A DNA stretch of 64,000 bases from the NCBI GenBank assembly GCA_943354475.1, contig CALRBT010000001.1, positions 23,807 to 87,806 on the forward strand. The letters run 5' to 3'. Shown piece after piece: positions 17,397 through 27,800 of the stretch. How positions within the stretch are numbered: position 1 is the stretch's first letter; the number at the start of each line of letters is the position of its first letter. Under the pieces are notes generated by a model that was given only the letters and a program-made list of their open reading frames with translations, did no database searches and was not told the DNA's origin. Source of the stretch: Parcubacteria group bacterium (GTDB taxonomy: Bacteria > Patescibacteriota > Minisyncoccia > Phycocordibacterales > CALRBT01). Position numbers and translations under genes: made by a program.

Positions 17397-17420
17397 GATT
17401 TTAGATGGTATACTTACTTT

Positions 17421-17999
17421 ATGAATTTACGTCAATTTTTTGTAGGTAGGACTATTGGTTTTTTTGGTTTATTGGTAGTGGTGGGTATCGCTCTGGGAAT
17501 TTATTTTCTCATTGGAGGAAAACCTGCAGTAGCTCCCATAGCAGTTACTACTTTTGAAGAATGTGTGGCGGCAGGAAATCCTGTAATGGAGAGTTACCCA
17601 CGTCAGTGTACTTCTAAGGACGGAGCGCACTTTACTGAGAATATTGGCAATACACTTGAAAAAAATAATTTTATTCGTCTCACGAGTCCACTTCCAAATG
17701 CTGGTGTAACAAGTCCTTTGACTATCACCGGCGAGGCTCGTGGTAATTGGTATTTTGAAGCGAGCTTCCCCGTTTTCCTCACCGATTGGGACGGCAAGAT
17801 TATCGCACAGGGTATTGCAACAGCGGAGGGGGAATGGATGACTACCGAGTTTGTTCCATTTAAAGCAGTGCTCACGTTCTCTAAAACTGATATTTCTGGA
17901 CAATACTCAAATAGAGGAACATTAATTTTGAAAAAGGATAATCCATCAGGTTTGCCCGAAAACGACGATGCACTTGAAATTCCTGTAACACTTCGTTAA
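17421..17999 (+). CDS. Secreted/membrane-anchored protein with Gmad2-like Ig-like domain
   Basis: N-terminal TM anchor; TITGEARGNWYFEASFPV...GEW is typical of the Gmad2 Ig-like fold. Confidence 0.45.
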   Translation: MNLRQFFVGRTIGFFGLLVVVGIALGIYFLIGGKPAVAPIAVTTFEECVAAGNPVMESYPRQCTSKDGAHFTENIGNTLEKNNFIRLTSPLPNAGVTSPLTITGEARGNWYFEASFPVFLTDWDGKIIAQGIATAEGEWMTTEFVPFKAVLTFSKTDISGQYSNRGTLILKKDNPSGLPENDDALEIPVTLR

Positions 18000-18060
18000 T
18001 TACCCGATACGCTAAAAGACTTTTATCTAGAGTCTGGTTCGATGTTGCCAAAATGTTAGA

Positions 18061-18480
18061 ATGAAGAAAATGAAAATATTTATTATTTGTAGCAAGGTGT
18101 TTTACGACAAGATTCCCGATATCAAAAAAACCTTGGAAGCGGGTGGTCACCAAATAACACTCCCTAATAGTTATGATGATCCAGCTACTGAGGCAAGATA
18201 CAGAGATCTTGGGACACAAGAGCATGCAAAATGGAAAGCAGGAATGCTAAAGCGTAGTACTGATGTTATTGAAATTAATGATGGAGTACTTGTGTTAAAT
18301 TTTGAGAAAAATGGTATTAAGAATTATATTGGTGGAGCGACGTTTCTCGAGATGTATGACGCCTTTAGATTGAATAAGAAAATATTTTTATACAACGATA
18401 TTCCTGACGGTATTCTAAGGGATGAGATTGTTGGATTCAGTCCTTTAGTGGTTAATGGTGATTTAGATAAGGTCAATTAA
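18061..18480 (+). CDS. Hypothetical protein (possible nucleoside 2-deoxyribosyltransferase-like fold)
   Basis: 139-aa ORF; weak resemblance only. Confidence 0.35.
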   Translation: MKKMKIFIICSKVFYDKIPDIKKTLEAGGHQITLPNSYDDPATEARYRDLGTQEHAKWKAGMLKRSTDVIEINDGVLVLNFEKNGIKNYIGGATFLEMYDAFRLNKKIFLYNDIPDGILRDEIVGFSPLVVNGDLDKVN

Positions 18481-18579
18481 GGTATACTATCTACAATAAC
18501 TGTAGATTTCAAAAAATATTACATGAATATCTAAGCAACAATTTCGGCAGTAGCCCTGCGCTTATTATTAGGATGGTTT

Positions 18580-18990
18580 ATGTTTTTTGCCGGTATTGAG
18601 AAAGTGCTTGACCCAAGCTGGAGCGCAAAAGGATTTCTCTTGAGCGCAAAGACCTTCCCTGCCTTTTATGCGTGGTTTGCGGAGCCGATGAACACGTGGT
18701 GGGTTGATCCACTTAATTCATGGGGAATCACACTGGTTGGAGTCGCTCTACTTCTCGGTATTGCAGTTAGACCTGCATGTCTTGCTGGTGCTATGCTGAT
18801 GATACTTTATTACTTTCCACATAATGTATTTCCAACCGTTCCTCATGGTTTTATTGTCGAGGAACACATTATTTACGCGGCAGCCTTTCTTTTGATAGCG
18901 CTCTTGCCATCAGCACAACAGTTTGGTTTGGGTAGTATCATACGAAAAACATTTATCGGACATATTCCATTTATTGGTAAATTTATTTAA
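18580..18990 (+). CDS. DoxX family membrane protein
   Basis: FFAGIEKVLDP...W(x)F start and four TM helices typical of DoxX. Confidence 0.55.
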   Translation: MFFAGIEKVLDPSWSAKGFLLSAKTFPAFYAWFAEPMNTWWVDPLNSWGITLVGVALLLGIAVRPACLAGAMLMILYYFPHNVFPTVPHGFIVEEHIIYAAAFLLIALLPSAQQFGLGSIIRKTFIGHIPFIGKFI

Positions 18991-19002
18991 AAGTAAAACA
19001 AT

Positions 19003-19398
19003 ATGAAAGGATTCAGTAGTAATATAGAAAAAGAAACACAAGAGAACACAAATTTTCGGAAGGTGTTATATACAGCCAAACACTGCCAACTGGTTCTAAT
19101 GAGTTTAAAACCCGGTGAAGAAATCGGGCTTGAGACTCATAATGACAATGATCAATTTTTTAGGTTTGAATCGGGTAATGGAAAAGTTGTAATTGATGGC
19201 ACTGAACATCTCGTGACTGGTGGGGTGGCAGTTATTATCCCAGCGGGAACTAAGCATAACGTGATTAATACTGGAATTGATGATTTAAAGATGTACACGA
19301 TTTACGCTCCGGCACACCATAAGGACGGTATTATCCGCTCAACAAAAGATGAAGCGATAGCAAACGAAGCCGAGTTTGATGGAGTTACCACCGAATAG
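19003..19398 (+). CDS. Cupin domain protein
   Basis: LETHNDNDQFFRFESGNGKVVIDG...IPAGTKHNVIN cupin motifs. Confidence 0.6.
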   Translation: MKGFSSNIEKETQENTNFRKVLYTAKHCQLVLMSLKPGEEIGLETHNDNDQFFRFESGNGKVVIDGTEHLVTGGVAVIIPAGTKHNVINTGIDDLKMYTIYAPAHHKDGIIRSTKDEAIANEAEFDGVTTE

Positions 19399-19477
19399 GG
19401 TAGATAACAGTACCACACCTTTATCTTTTTGAAAGTTCGTGTTATGGTTTGGTCACCATGCTTTATGAAAGGAGACC

Positions 19478-20242
19478 ATGGTGACGTTCTTTCGAAGTTT
19501 CGTGGCACTGCTGACCTTGATGGTCAGCCTCGCCACACCCTCCGCGCTTCGTGCGGCGGAACCACTGTTACCGTTAATCTCAACGGTGATTCTCGTCCCC
19601 GGTGATCCGGTCGAAGCCAAAAAAGGGAACCATGCGTTAGGGCTCCCAGAATTTGCGCTTCGGACCGGGGCAACCGTGAGGTTGTTCGCAAACAACGACA
19701 ACTGCGCGGAGTACGTCCTCAATCCCGGGAACTATCCCGACGCCGGCTGGGTAATCCCCAATATGGGGCTCTACGGGGCCGACCCAGTCGCACTCTTCCC
19801 GGAAGGTGTTCACAGTCCGACCCGCGGGTCTCTCGTGGCTGGCGATCCTGCCAATCACATGGCCACATACAAGGAGGCAAAATTTGCCTTTGTCAGTATG
19901 GCCAACCGTGTGAAGTTCGAGGAGAATCCAGCCAAGTACGAACTTCCCCTCGGAGGCTACTGTGCCGGGGCGATGGCTCAGGACCGTGTCACCCCAGGTG
20001 ACCCCCGTAACCTGTACTACGTTGCCGAGGTTGGAACATGGGCGGTATTCGGCAGTCCGAATGGCCCCATTGCCTGGGCGGCGAAAACACAGGACCAGCG
20101 TCGCATCGACTTCGCCAAGGCACAAGCCAACTACCTCCGGCGAACAGGTCTCGACCAACAACCTCCCAAGGTTGCCGTGCTTGGAAAGCTCGGCGAACCA
20201 ACGAAGACTGTAAGAATCGCTCTCCGGGAGAAGGCCGGTTGA
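19478..20242 (+). CDS. Secreted hypothetical protein (two YHS-like repeats lacking Cys) on a GC-rich (~58%) island
   Basis: Signal peptide; FEENPAKY resembles the YHS-domain C-terminus; GC far above background; terminator at 20257-20290. Confidence 0.45.
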   Translation: MVTFFRSFVALLTLMVSLATPSALRAAEPLLPLISTVILVPGDPVEAKKGNHALGLPEFALRTGATVRLFANNDNCAEYVLNPGNYPDAGWVIPNMGLYGADPVALFPEGVHSPTRGSLVAGDPANHMATYKEAKFAFVSMANRVKFEENPAKYELPLGGYCAGAMAQDRVTPGDPRNLYYVAEVGTWAVFGSPNGPIAWAAKTQDQRRIDFAKAQANYLRRTGLDQQPPKVAVLGKLGEPTKTVRIALREKAG

Positions 20243-20256
20243 GCGAACAAGAAAGT

Positions 20257-20290
20257 AGGGCGGACCGAGCTGGTCCGCCCTATACTGCTT
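20257..20290 (+). terminator. Rho-independent terminator-like hairpin
   Basis: agggcggacc-gagc-tggtccgccct. Confidence 0.55.
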
Positions 20291-20403
20291 CCGGACTGCT
20301 TTCGGGCTACTTTTGGAGTACCTAACTTGTTGTAATTCTTGACACCTCTCTTTGTAGGACTATTATATAGATATATCCTGCTTTGAGTTAAATTTATCTC
20401 TAC

Positions 20404-23400
20404 ATGAAGTTTTACCCTACAAAGGGAAGTAGCGCAGGAAAACTAACAATGAGCCTCCTGCTCATTTCACTAGCTTTTTCTCCATGGGTAGGGGTATATG
20501 CAGAAGTAAATTCAGCCACTTCTACAACAATCATTGAGGAAGTTAAGTCCTCTAATACACCAGCTAACCCGACTCCAGAAGTAGTTACAGCCGAAACCTC
20601 GACCCCTGTTAGATTAATTGACCCAGTGGTAAGTACTTCAAGTCCAAGTACCCCCTCTCAAAAAGAATCTGAGCAAAAACTTTCACCTCCCGAAGAGTCA
20701 ACAGTAAATATCTCCACAACAACTCCCCAAAGAGAGGTTTTTAAAAAAGAAGTTGAGGAACCTAAAGAGCCAAAAGAAAAAGTAAAATTTAAAAAGGACG
20801 CCAGTAGATCACAAGAAGAAGAGTTGGGGTTGGTCCGTCAACATTTACTTGATCAGGGATTACCACAAACAATCGTTGATCGTTTGGATACTTACGAAAA
20901 AGAACAACGAGCAGGTCCTCCTCAAGAAGGAATCTTTAAAAAGATAGTCAATTTCGTCACGGGTAATACTGAAGCACAGAAAGAAGCACGAGAAGTCGAA
21001 GTTCTGGCCAAGAAACAACCTTTCAAGGTAGAAGGCTTTGAAGGGACTATTAATAAAATTGATGAATCAAGCTACAAGCAGCTTTTTCCTGATAAGAAAG
21101 AACAGACCAATGGATTTTTTGAAAAAGTAAAAACTTTCCTCAAGAGTGGTTCTTCTTTGAATTCAGATTTTGATGGAACTAAAAAAAGTACGCCACTCTC
21201 TTGGCTTTTTGGTGCAAAAGTGACTGCGCAAGTAAGCTCAAATCCAAATGATTATCTTGCTGCTGGAGGAGAGATAGTTTTCTCTAAGGCGATACAGGAT
21301 AAAGCCGTGACTCTCGGAGGTGATCCATTGGCTATGTTGAATTTTGTTCGCAATGATGTCGAATACACCCCTTACTTTGGTTCAAAGAAAGGATCCGATG
21401 CGACACTGGTAGAAAGTGCTGGTAATGACATGGACAAGGCTTCGCTTCTGGTTGCATTGCTACGCAATAGTGGTATTCCCGCAAGGTACAGACATGTCGA
21501 TGCCCAGATGGATATCAGGACAGTTACCGATTTGCTCGGAGTTGACTCTGCCATCGGTGCAGCACAAGTACTTTCTCTCCATAAAATACCTTACATACTC
21601 TATACACAGAACGATGAACCAGTTTTCTTTGTTGTTGAACATACCTATGTTGAAGCATATATGCCGTATGGATATAGTCGTGGTGCGAAATTAAATGACG
21701 GTGGATCCAAGCAATGGGTGCCGATGGACCCAACGATTACTGGGTATTATTACGAAAGACCTGTTGATCTCATCGACGAAATGAATAACTCAGGCTTTGA
21801 TGTTAAAGTATTTTTTGATAAATATCTAAAAGGGGATTATGGTTCTGCCATAGAACCACTTGAAGCTTTTAAAACCCTGGTACAGGGTCACTTGGCATCA
21901 AATCCGCCGGCGTCCTTTCCAGGACTAACCTACGATGATGCACTGATGCGCATGTATCCAAAAAATCAAGATACTGCTTTCATTCCAGCTACTTTGCCAT
22001 ACCAGATTTCTGCAGATCTTAATACGTATGATTACATTCCAGCTTCGCTACGCCATACACTTAAATTTACAGTAAAGAGTGATCAGGATGCCCAGGTACT
22101 TGGACATAGCGCATATCTCTCCGATCTCGCCAATAAAGAATTGCTCATCACCTTTGATGCCGCGACCCCAGTCGATCAGGCTACTATCGACTCCTTTGAC
22201 ACGATTTATGACGTTGTTCCGTTATCTTTGGTGTCGGTTACTACAAAAATAAAAGTAAACGGTGTGAATATTGCAGAAAGTGCGACACCCACCACTCTTG
22301 GAAAATCACAAAAGTATGTGATGGAGTTTGGAATACCAACTCGAGAGATTGGAGGCCCCGTTAACGCACTTGTTGAAGAGACTATCGACAAGAGTATTAT
22401 TGTAGGAAATACGGATGCAATCGGTCTTGATACTGGGCGTGTTGTACCTTCTGGACTTCGACCAAAGGAGGATATAGCAACTTCTAGTTTTGTTTCAGGC
22501 CAGATACTCTATGATACAGCTCAGGATTACCTCTACCGTCTCGAAAATACAGAAGGTGAATTGGCACGGATTATCGGAGCTGATTTTAGTGACGTTGCAA
22601 CGAGAGCAATTATTTTTAATGGAATTGCAGTGACTAATAAGAATGGCCAACCATATTCATTTGATTGGAAAGGACTTCGTATTGATGCATCCGCAAAGGT
22701 GAAGTACTTCAGTAGATTCCATGAAAGTGTTAAAACACACAAAAAAGAGTTCACTGCAGTATTTGGTCTACAAGCATCTCAAGATGAATCAGATGTCTTT
22801 GAAGATAATTTTGACGTCGAATCGGTTGCTACTGTCAAAGGATTAAAGTTGGTATCTGCGAATACTTTTAGTGGTATTACACTGAAAAAAATCAATCAGA
22901 CGAATGAAGGTGATATTGATGGACTTAACGTTACGGCGAGCACAAAAAACGTTTTCCATAGCGCTATTCAAGAAGGAAATACTATCTACACACCAACCGC
23001 TCCTATTACCTATGGTGCTTGGCACGGTCTCTTTTATATCAACATTGACTTTGATGGCGGAGAAGCCAGTTATAGTATCGGCGAAGGGCTCAATGGGGGA
23101 TATACCGTTTGTGGACTTCCAGGAATCACAAGTTTTTGTAATTGGGTTCAAGATCGGGTGGACTACTTAAGAAAAGATACCCCCATTACAAATGCCACAA
23201 TCATCTCTCCTACTAATAACCAAAATTACACAGTAGGCGATTCAATTAACTTTGAAGTTCAATACAAAACTATTGTTAACGGCGCGACCCTTAGTCAGTG
23301 GATAGAAAAGGAAACTATCAAGACTGATAATCTTGGACCAGGGACGAGGACTCTGATAACTAAATATGGAACTGGGGTGAAAGTAAACATCAAACTCAAT

Positions 23401-24192
23401 CCTAAGCCTGATCTGGGCTTGTCACTTAAGATAAACACAGCTACACAGAGTGCTGAGCAGAAATTTATCGAAGGGTTCATGGACGAGATCGCCACAGAAT
23501 ATGGTGTTGAAATCACTAATTTCCTAGCAGGTGTTGGTATCTCTGAAGGTATTCGTATGCTAACTCCTGCGATTGCAAAAAAAGTTGGCCCAACGGCTGC
23601 TGGTAAAATTGTAGCCAGGTTCATTCCAGGGGTTGGTTGGGTGTTGCTCGTCGGCTCTGCCGGAAGTATTGCATACAATGCAGGACCGACTGCTGGCAAA
23701 TGTTTTAGTTTTAGTAGTTCAATGGACGACCTGCTTTTGGAAACAAAATCTCCTTCATATTTCTGTGGCAAACTAACCGCTCAGTCTCTTTTTATTGCCG
23801 CTGGAGTGGGGACAGATAGGTTAGTGGGGAGTAAAATTAGCCATTATTTTGCAAGAAAAATTGGGATAAATACAATTATACGAAGCGCTCTTCAAACTGA
23901 GGTACGGTCATCGTTAGAATTGTACGAATTAAATAACTGGTCAAATGCTGGGAGGAGTAGTGGAACTCATGTTGGAGCGGAGTGGTTTAATAAGATAGAT
24001 TCAAATACAGGTAAAAACTATTTGCCAAACACCACAACTTATAAAGAATACGATGTATATGACAAAATCGAAGGGCAAAATAGAGGCCCACACAGATTTG
24101 TAAAAGGAGAAGATGGATCTATATATTTTACAGATAATCACTATGGTGATCCAACAGTTAATAATAGCCCCCCGTTCGTAAAAGTAGACTAA
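20404..24192 (+). CDS. Secreted polymorphic toxin: signal peptide, S/T/P/E/K-rich linker, transglutaminase-like domain (Cys replaced by Asp), C-terminal barnase-like ribonuclease domain
   Basis: TGase-like core GNDMDKASLLVALLRNSGIPARY, then His in VVEHTYVEAY and Asp in WVPMDPT. The C-terminus aligns to barnase: TYKEYDVYD~READINY, PHRFVKG~SDRIL, IYFTDNHYGDPT~IYKTTDHYQTFT. Confidence 0.7.
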   Translation: MKFYPTKGSSAGKLTMSLLLISLAFSPWVGVYAEVNSATSTTIIEEVKSSNTPANPTPEVVTAETSTPVRLIDPVVSTSSPSTPSQKESEQKLSPPEESTVNISTTTPQREVFKKEVEEPKEPKEKVKFKKDASRSQEEELGLVRQHLLDQGLPQTIVDRLDTYEKEQRAGPPQEGIFKKIVNFVTGNTEAQKEAREVEVLAKKQPFKVEGFEGTINKIDESSYKQLFPDKKEQTNGFFEKVKTFLKSGSSLNSDFDGTKKSTPLSWLFGAKVTAQVSSNPNDYLAAGGEIVFSKAIQDKAVTLGGDPLAMLNFVRNDVEYTPYFGSKKGSDATLVESAGNDMDKASLLVALLRNSGIPARYRHVDAQMDIRTVTDLLGVDSAIGAAQVLSLHKIPYILYTQNDEPVFFVVEHTYVEAYMPYGYSRGAKLNDGGSKQWVPMDPTITGYYYERPVDLIDEMNNSGFDVKVFFDKYLKGDYGSAIEPLEAFKTLVQGHLASNPPASFPGLTYDDALMRMYPKNQDTAFIPATLPYQISADLNTYDYIPASLRHTLKFTVKSDQDAQVLGHSAYLSDLANKELLITFDAATPVDQATIDSFDTIYDVVPLSLVSVTTKIKVNGVNIAESATPTTLGKSQKYVMEFGIPTREIGGPVNALVEETIDKSIIVGNTDAIGLDTGRVVPSGLRPKEDIATSSFVSGQILYDTAQDYLYRLENTEGELARIIGADFSDVATRAIIFNGIAVTNKNGQPYSFDWKGLRIDASAKVKYFSRFHESVKTHKKEFTAVFGLQASQDESDVFEDNFDVESVATVKGLKLVSANTFSGITLKKINQTNEGDIDGLNVTASTKNVFHSAIQEGNTIYTPTAPITYGAWHGLFYINIDFDGGEASYSIGEGLNGGYTVCGLPGITSFCNWVQDRVDYLRKDTPITNATIISPTNNQNYTVGDSINFEVQYKTIVNGATLSQWIEKETIKTDNLGPGTRTLITKYGTGVKVNIKLNPKPDLGLSLKINTATQSAEQKFIEGFMDEIATEYGVEITNFLAGVGISEGIRMLTPAIAKKVGPTAAGKIVARFIPGVGWVLLVGSAGSIAYNAGPTAGKCFSFSSSMDDLLLETKSPSYFCGKLTAQSLFIAAGVGTDRLVGSKISHYFARKIGINTIIRSALQTEVRSSLELYELNNWSNAGRSSGTHVGAEWFNKIDSNTGKNYLPNTTTYKEYDVYDKIEGQNRGPHRFVKGEDGSIYFTDNHYGDPTVNNSPPFVKVD

Positions 24193-24194
24193 AA

Positions 24195-24800
24195 ATGCTT
24201 GAATCAACTTCAAAAATAAAAAAATACCTTCTTGATTTCCAGATGTTGATGGATACTGGAGTAAGTGATGCTAGAATTAGTGAACTAGAAAGTTCTCTGA
24301 ATTTTAAATTTCCAAACGATTTAAGAGATATCCTTAGTAATTTTGTCCCTAGGGGTATAAAAGAGATTAATAATTCTTTCCCAGACTGGAACAATGAATC
24401 AATAGAAAGTCTCCAAAAAAGATTTGACTGGTTTACGGAAGGAGTGTTTTTTGATATAAAAAATAATGGTTTTTGGTATGGAAAATGGGGTGAAGAGCCA
24501 GAAAATATTTCAAAAAAAATTGAAATTGCTAAAGAGAAATTATTACTTGAGCCTAAGCCCATACCAATATGTGGACATAGATGTGTTTTAGGTATTGTAA
24601 ACTGCGACAGCTCTCCTGTCTTATCTATTTGGCAAACTGACATAATTTATTATGGAAGTGATATAATGGAATATTTTGTGAATGAATTTGAGGGATTTAA
24701 ACTAAAAGTTAACACGTCTGATTTAAGATTCAAAAAAGAAAATTTTTGGTCCGATGTTATTGAAGGCAAGGGACTCAAATACTCTGACCCTGTCCCATAA
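24195..24800 (+). CDS. SMI1/KNR4 (SUKH-1) family immunity protein
   Basis: ISELESSLNFKFPNDLRDILSNF and NG(F)WYG motifs typical of SUKH-1; starts 3 nt after the toxin stop. Confidence 0.65.
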   Translation: MLESTSKIKKYLLDFQMLMDTGVSDARISELESSLNFKFPNDLRDILSNFVPRGIKEINNSFPDWNNESIESLQKRFDWFTEGVFFDIKNNGFWYGKWGEEPENISKKIEIAKEKLLLEPKPIPICGHRCVLGIVNCDSSPVLSIWQTDIIYYGSDIMEYFVNEFEGFKLKVNTSDLRFKKENFWSDVIEGKGLKYSDPVP

Positions 24801-24893
24801 TTTATGGAAATGTGGTAAGAAAGGGGACGGCCACCATTGTTTGTTTACGAACTTATCTTTCACGGGTCAATAGCTTTCTGACTACTGGAAATA

Positions 24894-27800
24894 TTGTTAA
24901 TTAATTATATGAAACTAATCAAAGTACAGCAAAATATTTTCCCGAAGATTGTCGTTGTATTTCTAATGGTCAGTCTTTTGGTAACACCCCTAACACCACT
25001 CTCAGCTCAGGGTGTAGACCAATTGGAGCAAAACAAAGCTGTGCAGAGTCTGGTACAGAAACGTCCACTTGCTCAGGTGATAGATATTCCAGAAGTTATT
25101 ATTGGTACAAGCACTGTTGCTAATATTTCTCTGGTTGATTGGGATCAAAAAATAGAAGTTGGTGGAAAAAAAGTTTCGCTCAGTTCTGAAGAAGGACTTG
25201 CTTCAATTGAGCTTTCTCCAGTTATTCAAAAACTTGTAGAAGCATATCATGGAGACATCACTTCAATTGAGAGTGCACTTTTTGCACCCTCTTCTTTAAA
25301 GCTTGAGAAGAAGAAACATGCTACTGAAGCACTTCAGTATGGCATTGCACAGAGTCTTATTGAGGAAGGATTACTCCCTAATGATTACTTCGAGCTATTG
25401 GCACAAGGGTTTATTGAGCCTGCCGACAATCTTATAGACGCAAAGAAAGCTTTTATTAAAAAGCCAGGAGCGATAAAAGCAATGAAAGCCGAGGTTGTTC
25501 CCGAAGTAACTATTGTGGATATTACAACAGTGGAGGGGGGTCAGATTAACAAGAATAAGGAAAAGTCTTCACCTCTTGGATCATTATGGAATACAGTCAC
25601 AGGTATCGTTTCAGATATCGGAGGCTTTGTTGGTAATCAGTTTGCAAAATCCGGAACCGCTTCCAAGACGGCCGAGGTAAGTGGCACTTCTAATGGTATT
25701 ACAGAATCTTCTGCTGCACTGATCTCTGGTAACGCTTCAGCCCAGAGTGCTTTACAGTATCTTGTTAGTCATCAAAACACGGATGGTTCTTGGGGTAGTG
25801 GAAATTCTTTACTTACAACGACGAGTGCAGTACTTGATGCGCTCGACGTCTATGGCGAGATTGGGCCTGAATACCAAAAAGGAATCACTTGGATTGAATC
25901 GTACATTACTGATAACAACGACTATCGTGCTCAACAAGCTAAACGATTGGCACGAGCAGGTAGGACTATAAGTGAGTTGGAGTCGATTGCTAGTACCATA
26001 GACGATTCAACCGGAGGATTTTCATATGATGTTGGTTACCAAGCTGATCCAGCAACAACTGCTAAAGTGCTACAGGCACTCACTGAAGCAGGTTTTGAAG
26101 ATTCCGGGTCTAGTCCACGAGCCACGAGAACGCTTGCTCTCTATTATCTTACACAAACACAGCGGTTCGATAAGGGATGGAGTCTCTTTGATGATGGTGC
26201 TAGTTCTCTACCTGTAACAACGGATGTTATTAACGCACTTTTGCCCTACAAAGGTCAGTCGTTGCTCGGGGTTGGTTCTTCTAAAATCGTCATTGATTCC
26301 ACGATTAAACCTGCTCTGGATTCACTTAAGGCAACACAAATGTCCGATGGTAGCTGGGGTGGTGATCTGCTCAATACAGCAGTTGTTGTGCAGACGTTAA
26401 AGAAAGGAAAGACGGCCGCGACCTATGCACGTGAATCAATTTCGTATTTAGAAAATGCACAAGGGGTTGATGGAAGTTTTGGTGGGGGTGACATCTATCT
26501 AACAGCACAAGTGCTCAAGGCACTCGCCACGCCAGAACCCTCTGTTGGTAATCTCGCAGTTACCGACATTGCATCAACTAACCCCTTACAAACAAGAACT
26601 CCTGCGGGAATCAAGATTACGATAACAAACAGCGGTGACTTAGTGGCTAACAGCGGAATACTCCACCTTGTTGCTGACCACTATCTTATGGGGTCATTCA
26701 ATCTTGCAAGTAGTAGTCTCGTTATTAATCCACACACTTCGGCACAAATTACCGTTAATATTTCAAACACGGCTGGATATGTCGGGGATGTTGCCTTCGA
26801 TGCTTTCATTGAGGGAGTGGGGGATGTAATCTATGCTTCCTCGCGTTACCAGAAAACACTAACCTTTGCCGAAGACCCAACACACCTCCCAGGACTTCCA
26901 ATTTATTTTACTGCTCAGAAACATATTATTGACGGACAACCAGCTCTTAATGTTCGTTGGGGTAAGAAAAGTGATCCTAATCGACTTAATTACCTCATTA
27001 TGTGGCGAGTGGTAGGGGAAACGTCTTGGAATACTTATCCTATCGCCAATGATAAAAATGGTGCTTTCATTTCTCCTTATGTTGAGGATCAACTGTATGA
27101 AGTAACGGTTGGGGCCGTCACAGCGGATGGCACAAAGTATACTTACTATAGCTCTCCGGTTCAGGTAAGAGTAAGTGCTGATGCCAATAAATACACCTCA
27201 GGAACGGTCTCGGGTACGATGAGAGATGTTAATGGTCCGGTTGGAAATATAAGTCTCCTGGCTGGTGGTGATTTTGCAACCGTCGATGCGGATGGAAATT
27301 TCAATCTCACCCACGTTCCTTACGGAAAAGGTTGGGTCAGGGCGTCGAATTTTCGATACGAGGATTATGTTACGACGTTCAAAACTTCTGATAGTACTGT
27401 GATAAACCACAAAGCATACACGAACCTCGTACCGGATATCGCAACCCCAACGATTACTTATTTTGCCATGGCAAACGAAGCCGATTATAAAATGGAGAAT
27501 CTGGAAACGAAGTTCATTCATCTCGGAGTCGCTGACGATATTGGCATAACTGGCACAGGGATTGTTGCCAGTGCGAGTTTCTCCTATTATGATCCTCACG
27601 ATTCAACTTGGCACTCGATTGGGACAATGCAAGGTCCGCTCTCGAGCACTGTTGGATATTCGTGGAATGTTCCAGGCACTTTGTTTGGTCCAGGATACAA
27701 AATCAGAGCAACGATTCGAGATTATAGTGGTAAAGAGTCCGAGCCGACAGAATGGGGGCCATTTGAATTTACTCAAGGAAACGCAACACCAGAATTTGCT

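Noticed and set aside
20038-24000. Numerous antisense or alternative-frame ORFs inside large genes (e.g. 23295-23771(-), 19637-20161(-), 46785-47282(-), 54143-54547(-), 58554-58982(-))
   Set aside because: Each is contained within a well-supported gene on the other strand or frame and shows low-complexity composition.
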